A stretch of DNA of 64,000 bases. Source: Octopus vulgaris (Eukaryota). Under the pieces are notes generated by a model. The model saw only the letters and a program-made list of their open reading frames with translations, did not search any database and had not been told where the DNA came from. The translations under genes were made by a program, and so were the position numbers. Positions 53,736 to 64,000 of this stretch are shown in pieces; position 1 is the first letter of the stretch, and every line of letters starts with the position of its first letter. The stretch covers positions 21,142,001-21,206,000 of the forward strand of contig OX597831.1 of NCBI GenBank assembly GCA_951406725.2, written 5' to 3'.

Positions 53736-54653
53736 GATAAGTGGGTAAATAAATAAATTAAGAAAGAAAGAAGTAGAGCGTTAACGATTAAATACATTTG
53801 ATCACAGATCTGTTTGAATCAGGACTGAGCCTGGAGCTACACATTCAGATTTACAACAACCACGATGAAAACAAAACAACTAGAACGACAGAAACTAGTT
53901 CAAAATGGCCAAGAAGAACTGGAACATGTAAAACAATAAGCTTAAGGAAAATCCCATGGAAACCAACGACAGCAAGGTCACCACCGACGACAATATCAGC
54001 GTCGAGGAAGGTCATGACAACAAACGCGGTAATATTAGCTTCGACCCAGTGAGCATGATTAATTATACTGGGAAGGACGTGAGTACATTCATATATGTGT
54101 GAACGTGGGGTAGGTCAATTCACTTACGAAACCATACGTTCTGGGTTCGATAACAAAGTGCAGCACGATATGCAAGCTTTTCCTTGTTATTCTGGCATCA
54201 GGCTATTCAGGATAACCAGTTCCTTGTAAGTGGTGTCTGTTTCGTGGGAGCGGTCCAGTTACTTCTATTATTTGTTTTATATATATACATATACGCACAT
54301 ATATTCATACATACATAAATACATACATGCATACATACATACATACATATATGTATATATATATATATAATTTAGAGAAAAACCTCTATTAAACTATTCA
54401 ATAATGAAAGAGGTTATTCACACATATAGAAAACATATACTATAGAAACCTTATTACAAAAATCAATAAAGTACAATAAATTGTATTATTATTATTACTA
54501 TTACTATTATTATTATTATTATTATTACTATTATTATTATTATTATTATCATCATCATCATCATTATTATCATCATCATCATCATCATCATCATCATTAT
54601 TATTATTATTATTATCATTATTATTATTATTATTATCATTATTATTATTATTA

Positions 54654-54736
<83 letters not shown>

Positions 54737-54819
54737 GAAGTAGTGTTATTACCGTGATTTACAGTAATAATAAGGTGGCTAGGAAGTTCCCACTTTACTG
54801 TCACAATATAAAGAAATGA

Positions 54820-54990
54820 AATTTAAGATTAGGTAGGGTATATAATACCACTTGCTAAAATCAGAGCCGTTGCTCCAAAATCCACCGTAAAATTACGTCT
54901 GTATCTTTATCGTAATTTTTATGGTGGTCTTTGGAGCAACGGCTCTGACTTTAGAAAAGTGGTATTATATACCTTACCTTATCTTAAATT
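54820..54990. repeat. ~78-bp imperfect inverted repeat (fold-back element)
   Basis: Arms 54820-54897 and 54911-54990. Confidence 0.8.
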
Positions 54991-55681
54991 ACTATATATA
55001 AATATATATATTCATATTGTAAAAATAAATTACAAGGGAACAAAACTGTATACGCTTATCTTTACGCTCTGTACTCGACTAATGCATAAGTATAGTGAAT
55101 TCCAGCTCCAGATGTATGCATGTGCGTGTGTATGTGTATGCGTGCGAGTGTGTGTTTGCCTATGTGTGAATGTGTGTGCGAGTGTTTATATATATAGAAC
55201 TGAAAGTACGACCATGTCCTAATATAACCCTCTTTTTTTTTTTAAATAATTTCTCCAATCTATCTGTATTTCCAGGTATTCTAAGCAGTATCTTCGGGAT
55301 CTGAATTGGTTTTGGCTTCCATTTCATCGCTTACCAGAACGCGTAAGTCGTAATTCAAACCAAGAATATAATAGGAGACACTTACTGAATCCACTAGCGC
55401 TTTAGAAACGAACACAAAGAATTAAAGTAAATTTGTAACCATAGGGCAGGCGTCCTAATGTACGCAAAGAAAATTCCTGCTGGGAAACATTTGAACTCGT
55501 AAGGTACTACAAAATGACTCGTAGTCAAACACCTCATTACATGTTTCTCGTCGTTTCACCGCTGGTGCCCAGTGGTTCACAATAAATAATTTAAACATAA
55601 CATTAAGCTACTTGAATTTATATGTGAATTGTGAGGGATACGTTAGTGGTGACGGCACAGCGAAACTGCTATAAATAAATA

Positions 55682-56098
55682 CTCTTTACTCTTTTTACTC
55701 TTTTACTTGTTTCAGTCATTTGGTTGCAGCCATGCTGGACCACCGCCTTTAGTCGAGCAAATCGACCCCGGGACTTATTCTTTGTAAGCCCAGTACTTAT
55801 TCTATCGGTCTCTTTTGCCGAACCGCTAAGTAACGGGGACGTAAAAACATCAGCATCGGTTGTCAAGCAATGCTAGGGAGACAAACACAGACACACAAAC
55901 ATATACACACACACTTATATATACATACATATATACGACAGGCTTCTTTCAGTTTCCGTCTACCAAATCCACTCACAAGGCATTGGTCGGCCCAGGGCTA
56001 TAGCAGAAGACACTTGCCCAAGATGCCACGCAGTGGGACTGAACCCGGAACCATGTGGTTGGTTAGCAAGCTACTTACCACACGGCCACTCCTGCGCC
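55682..56098 (-). mobile_element. SINE family A, full length
   Basis: Close match to 43435-43826. Confidence 0.9.
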
Positions 56099-56160
56099 TA
56101 TATCTATTAAATAAGTATCCGTGTGTGTGTGTGTGTGAGTGAGTGTGTGTGTGTATTTAT

Positions 56161-56317
56161 AGGCGTGGCTGTGTGGTAAGAAACTTGCTTCCCAACAGCA
56201 TGTGTGAGAGTTAAGTCCAACTGTATGATAACTTAAACGTGTATCTTCTACTATAGCCTCGAGCCGACTAATGCCTTATGAGTGGATTTGGTAAACGGAA
56301 ACTGATAGAAGCGAGTC

Positions 56318-56361
<44 letters not shown>

Positions 56362-56364
56362 ACG

Positions 56365-56399
<35 letters not shown>

Positions 56400-56691
56400 T
56401 GCCATTTTGTATTTCTATTGTATGTCTTCCTACAATAGAAATACAAAATGGCGATAGTAAGGAGAGACACAAGTAAGTGAGAAGAAACAAAGGACCACTG
56501 ATGCGGTCACAGAGTGGAGAAAGAACTTGCCAAATAAGATTAAGATTAATGTAAAAAATAAATATCACTGAAGCAAATAACACCAAATATATAGTGCGTG
56601 TGTTTTTATTCTAAATATATATTCGAAATATAACAATATCTGTTTCAACACACGACTTCACATAAAAATCTTGCACAACAAATATTTAAAC

Positions 56692-56730
<39 letters not shown>

Positions 56731-56978
56731 CATATATATGGATATATTTATGTGTGTGTGTCTTTCTGTCTGTGTTTATCTCCTACCATAACTTGACGAC
56801 TGCTGTTGGTGACTTTACGTCCCCGTAACTTAGAGGTTCGGCAAGAGGGACAATGGAATATGTACTAGGCTTACGAAGAATAAGTCCTGGAGTCGATTTC
56901 TTCGACTAAAACACTTTAAGGTGTTGCTGCCGTATGACCGCAGTCAAATGACTGAAACAAGTAAAAGAATAAAAGAAT
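56161..56978 (+). mobile_element. SINE family A split at its internal (TA)n by ~300 bp of other sequence
   Basis: Head 56161-56320 and tail ~56750-56978, with non-SINE sequence ~56397-56690 between TA tracts. Confidence 0.7.
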
Positions 56979-56980
56979 AC

Positions 56981-57011
<31 letters not shown>

Positions 57012-57061
57012 TGTATGTATGTATGTATGTATGTATGTATGTATGTATGTATGTATGTATG

Positions 57062-57121
<60 letters not shown>

Positions 57122-57129
57122 GATATGTA

Positions 57130-57263
57130 TCGTTTAAGCACATAAATGTGAAACAAGGTGGAAAAAAAGGAGTACTCAAATACCAGAGGCAGAGTAATAT
57201 ACTTTATTTAAAAGCAGCAGAATATATAACAAAATTTTGTTATATTTCTGCTACTTTTAAATA
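57130..57263. mobile_element. Penelope-like fragment ending in a ~60-bp palindrome
   Basis: Homologous to 17402-17575. ttatttaaaagcagcagaa...taacaaaattttgtta...ttctgctacttttaaataa. Confidence 0.65.
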
Positions 57264-57465
57264 ACGTATATATATATACATACACATATCTGTGTGAGTA
57301 TGTGTGTATGAGTATACAACTGACTTTATCTCTCTAAAACATTTTAAATCTAATATTTACACGCACTTATTTATAGTTGTTTTTATCTACCAGGAGAGCC
57401 AACGATGCAACAAAGAACATGCTATCTCGATGCTGATGAAAAATTCATATAACGCCAACTGTATG

Positions 57466-57522
<57 letters not shown>

Positions 57523-57825
57523 ATATATGAAAGCGTGTATGACATGGAAACAGTGGTGATTGAAGAATGAGCAGCATGAAGATGATATGATGTCTGATGT
57601 GAAGCCTTAAAATATATCACAGATAGGCGTTAACCAGGCCACGAAATAACCATGGGTGGTCAGTATAGTTTATGAAATAGGTGGTAGTGATTTTCAAAAT
57701 ACAGACTAAGGCAAAATAAGTATATTTAGAACATTTTAATGCACCCAAAAATGACGTTCTGCTGTAGGTCGAATATATATACATTATAAACGCAAAAAAT
57801 TTTCGAGCATGTGTGTGAGAGAGGA

Positions 57826-57885
<60 letters not shown>

Positions 57886-58203
57886 TGTGTTGTATATGTA
57901 TGTATCTCTATCTATCTAGCTATGTATCTATCTATCTATATATCTATTTTCATGTTTACTGTTCTAATGAAACACAAGCAATGGGTCTCATAAGAAGAGC
58001 ATACAAGTAACCTGTTCTGGCGAGGAATTAAATTCGCACCCGACAAAAAGAGATAAAATAAATGAAAATATGACTTCAAGTAAATTCACTTTGAGTTTAA
58101 ATGCTGGATATTTGTCACAAAACTGAGGTCTCTAGCAACTTCTTCTCTAAGCATACATGCGCGTGTGTTTTTAAACAGGTAAATATATGCTTTAATAAAG
58201 CAT

Positions 58204-58286
<83 letters not shown>

Positions 58287-58429
58287 GTTTCACATTTTGG
58301 TACAAGGCCAATACTTCTGTGGTAGGAGTAAATTGGTTACATGGAATCTCAGTGCTCAACAGGTATTTTTGCTATCGTCCCTTAAAGGATATATGTCTAA
58401 GTCGATCTCAGTTGAATGTGAGCTCAAAT

Positions 58430-58470
<41 letters not shown>

Positions 58471-58846
58471 CAATTAATTGTTATATATATATATATATAT
58501 ATTGTTAACCTCATGGAAAAATAATCTTATTGTGGCATAAATCCAAGTAAACACAAAATGTATCAATTACAGCACAGAAATATTGGTTTGAAAAACTGTG
58601 TTGGATACCAAACCTAGATGGCTGACCGTGCGGCTCGAACGCACATGTCCTGTAGACAATACAGCCATACTATCGCAGAAATCATGCGAATTGTTCTATG
58701 CATTTAAGAAACATTATGAAGTACATGTCAAGATTATAAATATTCGAGAGACGGTAAACAATATGGTGTTTGAAATATCTGGATGCTAGCAAATACAAAG
58801 ACACACTCACATTTATATATACGCATGTATGTATGTATCTCTCTCC

Positions 58847-58878
<32 letters not shown>

Positions 58879-59036
58879 GCATGTATATATGTATATATAT
58901 ATACATGTATATAAGCGTACATACATACATACATATATATGTATACATATACATACGTAGATGTACATATATATACGTATATATACGTATACATATATAT
59001 ATACATATATATATATACATATATAAATATATATGT

Positions 59037-59159
<123 letters not shown>

Positions 59160-59508
59160 TAGAGAAAATAGATAGAGAGATGGATAGATATATACATATA
59201 CATCACGAATTCCCACACGAATGCAATCGCAATAATGCATTACAGACAAACGGTGTGTTAAAAATTGACCTTTTAAATAGCGTAGATATATTTTATGAAG
59301 CTTATATATATTTAATAAATAGAAAGATATATCGGGATGCATATCCAAATATATGTATACATATATGAAAATCTGTATATATGTGTCTTCATATGTATAT
59401 ATATATGTGTATATATATATATACACACACACATGTATGTGTATGAATAGATATATATGTATATATATAATCAGAGGAAGAGAGAGTGATATATATATAT
59501 AAATATAT

Positions 59509-59539
<31 letters not shown>

Positions 59540-59770
59540 AATGTACACATAAATATGTATATACATACATCTATATATCTACATATACAAACACATGGTA
59601 CACATATACACATACAAGCACACATATATTTGTTGATACGCTTATGAATATATGAGATATAAAGAAGATATCGGATAAGAAGGTTTTCGCCTGGATTGGT
59701 AGTTAATCATTTATGTTGTTTCTTGCATTGGCATAGAGAATATATATGAATATACGTATACATATACACT

Positions 59771-59833
<63 letters not shown>

Positions 59834-59931
59834 ATATGTATATCTATATGTGTATATATATATATGTATATATATATACATTCGTATACACAGGTAAAGG
59901 CGTATATATAAATATATTCATACATATATAT

Positions 59932-59974
<43 letters not shown>

Positions 59975-60430
59975 TACATACATATATATATATATATATA
60001 AAATACATATATATATATATATATGCACATATATATAAACGCATATACACACACAAGCATACATACATGCATACATACATACATACATACATACATACAT
60101 ACATACATACATACATACATACATACATACATACATAGTATACATATGTGTCACGAAAAAAAAAGGGACGTGGGGTATTCTGAATCTGGGAAAAAAGAAT
60201 GATGTTTAAATGCCTGAATGCATTTGATTGACCAAGGGCATATATTAAATTGGTATTTTATGCCACGCTACACCTATTCTCTGCATATTCAGAGAAATTT
60301 CGGATGTTCTTTCATAGAGAAATGACTTCTAGTGGTGAATCCATTGTGCAGTCTGCACGAGCAACCATTTAGAATTTGTTTATTATCATCGCCTAATCAG
60401 GAATTATTGTCATATTTGTAATATATTTAC

Positions 60431-60486
<56 letters not shown>

Positions 60487-60733
60487 TAGATTGATAGATA
60501 TATTGATTTATATACATACATATATATATATATATATGCAAATATATGTATTTATGTGTTTGTGTATGTGTGTATGTGCATGATTTTATCTAAAACCACC
60601 AGGCAAATAATCAGTTTTCTTTACAATAGAAAAAATATCTCCTACAGTATATTTGGCATAAAGCAACGAACGTATATACGTAAATACATATATCTGTACA
60701 TATATTTATGTATATATATAAATATATATATAC

Positions 60734-60782
<49 letters not shown>

Positions 60783-60886
60783 TATATTTTCATTTATTTA
60801 TGTATATATATGTGTGTGTGTTTGTGTGGGTATACGTACATACACATATATATGTCGACTTTAACAGTTATTTTTTCAAATCTATA

Positions 60887-61260
60887 ATGGTAATGGCGAA
60901 GGAGTATATTCGGCATATTTGCTTTCTGAGTTCAATAAACCAACAACGGAACAGGAAGTGCGAGGAATATTAATGAAGTACATAGAGATGGGATAGTAAG
61001 CCTAAACCAGTGTCAACAGTGGTTCCAGAAATTTGAAGCCGGAAACTACAACCTTGAAGACGAGCCTCGTCCTGAAAGAGCTGTAGAGCACGACGAGGAT
61101 GTGCTGCAAGTTCTGGTAGAGCAAAATCCCATCGTAACCGTTGAAGAACTTGCAGAGAAGCTTGGATTTGGTCGTTCAAACTAGTCCTCGATACCTGTGT
61201 GCCATCGGAAAAGTCATCAAAGTGGGTCAATTGTGTCCTCACAAACTTGCTGAGCCAAAT
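60887..61260 (+). pseudogene. Decayed mariner transposase N-terminal (HTH) fragment
   Basis: EYIRHILLSEF...ARNINEV...QCQQWFQKFEAGNYNLEDEPR...VEQNPIVTVEELAEKLG...GKVIKVGQLCPHKL (WVPHEL-like). Confidence 0.9.
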
Positions 61261-61279
61261 ATATATACTTCACAAAAAA

Positions 61280-61435
61280 ACCCCCAAAAAAACTAAAAAC
61301 AAAGACAGGTGGTGTAGACAACAAACAGGTGTATTAGCATAACGCTCGATAAGTGAAAAAGTCTTTAACGTTTCGAGCCTACGCTCTTTCACAGAAAGAA
61401 ACAAAGCGAGAAAATAAAGAATGTGTAGTGGCGAT
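61280..61435 (-). mobile_element. Penelope-like terminal fragment with variant hammerhead
   Basis: Minus strand reads cttt-CTGTGAA-a-gagc gtag gctc-GAAA-cg-TT-aaag. Confidence 0.62.
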
Positions 61436-62306
61436 GTGTGCGTGTCGCATTATGTGTGTTTGTATGTATGTATTTATGTATGTATCTATGTATCTATGTA
61501 TGTGTTTTTGTATTATTTCAAATCTGTTTTGCGTAAATTCCCAGTCAATTACTCTGTCATTAATATCAATGACTTATGGCAGCCCTTACAAACTTCAACA
61601 CGGTAGAAGTGATCAATTTAGTTATATAAACTGTTGCACCATTTATGTAATATCTATAATCCTTACTAATCGTCTTTATTCAGCTTTCAAATTTGTAGTT
61701 TGTATCAGATCCAGAAGTGAACCACAAACGCTTTTGCATCTTAATATTTCTTAATATTTATATCCATTTCAAAAATTTCTCATCATATTCCTTTGACAGA
61801 GACATCCCCACTTCCTTCGTAATAGATCAATTTCTTCTTGTGTGTTATGTCATCCTCTGAAACTACCTTTTAAATTTCCTTTTGCCTCCACGCCAACCAG
61901 CTCCAATTACAAACCGCTTTTTCAATTTACATCTGACTTTCAAGCTTAATTCTAGTCACATTATTTCATCCCCCTTTTCTTAGTAATTTCTTTTCCTGTC
62001 ACTTTTAGATATTCTAAACAATCCCCCGCATTAAACTATATCGATAGAATAAATCTCAATATTAACAGGTTATATTTGGAAAATTCTCACTTCATAGCTG
62101 GAAATTTTCCACCTTCATGCTTTATCAAGAACAGAAAAATACCATTTCATTCTACAGTAACTTAGCCTGGTTTCATTTTAATTAGTTACTTTATTTCTTC
62201 ATTATGCCAGAAAATGTCAATATGACCGAAACGCTGAAGTAACAGAAAAGTGTCTCATAAACACACATACAAAATGTGCGTGTATGTAAATATGTATATA
62301 TGTATG

Positions 62307-62399
<93 letters not shown>

Positions 62400-62515
62400 A
62401 TAATAATATTAGGGAGTATAACTCCAAACTTACAGGGAAAAATTCAATTTAGTATTAAATCAAATTTCACAATATAAATATATAAAATATAAATTTTATT
62501 TTTATTTCTATTTTC

Positions 62516-62562
<47 letters not shown>

Positions 62563-62566
<4 letters not shown>

Positions 62567-62775
62567 ATCCAAACATGAAAACACAAAGAGAAAACACAAC
62601 AACGCGAGGACGTGGAACAAATATAGTATTAATGGACGCTCAAGAAGGAAGGGAAGAAGGAGGGTTTAACGTTTCGAGCGGAGCTCTTCGTCAGAAACAC
62701 AGGAAAAGGAAAGATCCGGAGAAGGGAAGACGGAGGAAAAAAATCGCCAACGGTACACCCGCGGTCACATTTTGT
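62563..62775 (-). mobile_element. Penelope-like terminal fragment in (TA)n
   Basis: Carries the hammerhead at 62664-62698 and a pyrimidine-rich tail like the related fragments. Confidence 0.65.
62664..62698 (-). ncRNA. Minimal type I hammerhead ribozyme (intact core)
   Basis: gttt-CTGACGA-a-gagc tcc gctc-GAAA-cg-TT-aaac, with palindromic aacgtt in place of stem III. Confidence 0.78.
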
Positions 62776-62832
62776 ATATACGTATATATATATGCATACA
62801 TATATGAATGCATATTCAAGTATGTATAAATA

Positions 62833-62925
<93 letters not shown>

Positions 62926-63139
62926 GTGTGTGTGTACGTGTGTGTGTGTGTGTGTGTGTTATATACTTGTGTATATATCATATTTCTCTTATCTTTGATT
63001 TGTTTCAGACATTGAACTACGGCCATGCTGGAGCAGAGCGTTGGATTATTTTACTTTATGAAATCGACCTAATTTCTTATGGCATTCTACGTCCACACAA
63101 GCCCGCGAACAAACACACATGCATACATACACATGCATA

Positions 63140-63190
<51 letters not shown>

Positions 63191-63679
63191 ATATACTCAC
63201 GCTCACACACAAAGGTCTTTTTGCCAGTTTCCATCCACCACACATACATGTATATACAAATAAATTTGTATATTACGAATATTGACATGAACTTTTTTCC
63301 GATAATGTAGCGAATCTGCCCCCTCGCCACCTTAGTAATGATGATGATAATGAATATAACAACAAAAGCAGAAGCAGCAGCAGCACTAGCAGCAACAGCA
63401 ACAACAACGACGATCCGTCCTATAGCTCGCGCCCGTGCCGGGTGACACGTAGTTTTCTTGACAAAAGAGTTCATTTCACCTTGCTCTACGCTTGGGAGAG
63501 TGACAAAATCGTTGACGCGTCGGTAGAAATGCCTTACAGTATATATCCGGGTCTCTTCATTGTATGGTCAAATCACACCTGCCACATCACGCCAGTATTC
63601 ATGTGTGTGTTTGTAAATAAACATATTTGTTTATATATGCGTGTGAATGTGTGTGTATGCTCTCTCTTGCTCTCTCTTG

Positions 63680-63745
<66 letters not shown>

Positions 63746-63754
63746 ATATATATA

Positions 63755-64000
63755 GGAGTAGCTTGCTTACCAACCACATGGTTCTGGGTTCAGTCCCACT
63801 TCGTGGCACCTTGGTCTCTTCTACAATAGCCACGGGTCAACCAAAGCCTTGTGTGTCTGTGTTTGACAACCGCTTGACAACCGATGGTGGTGTGTTTACG
63901 TCACCGTAACTTAGCGGTTCGGCAAAAGAGACCGATAGAATAAGTACTACGCTTACAAACAATAAGTCCTGGGGCCGATTTGCTCGACTTAAGGTGGTGC
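63755..64000 (+). mobile_element. SINE family A running off the window end
   Basis: gtagcttgcttaccaaccacatggttctgggttcagtccc...cttagcggttcggcaaaagagaccgatagaataagtac. Confidence 0.85.

Overview
Eukaryotic, AT-rich, non-coding DNA dominated by (TA)n, (CA)n, (TATC)n, (TACA)n and (TAA)n microsatellites and transposable-element debris. The SINE families and repeat density suggest an octopus/cephalopod genome (inference). No intact protein-coding gene is supported, and almost all listed ORFs are microsatellite artefacts. Main content: (1) a head-to-tail trimer of a ~2.09 kb non-autonomous Helitron (1166-7431, minus) with exact CTAG|TC junctions; (2) a decayed Helitron Rep/Pif1 coding region (~9640-12150); (3) a tRNA-Ala(TGC) gene or pseudogene; (4) mariner/Tc1 and CR1/L2-like LINE remnants plus several SINE families; (5) many short non-coding elements sitting in (TA)n tracts. 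The elements in (5) show fold-back termini, terminal direct repeats, shared cis-motifs and type I minimal hammerhead ribozymes, some with non-canonical cores, and look like a Penelope-like or retrozyme system. The best example is 12500-13239. All alignments and folds were done by eye.
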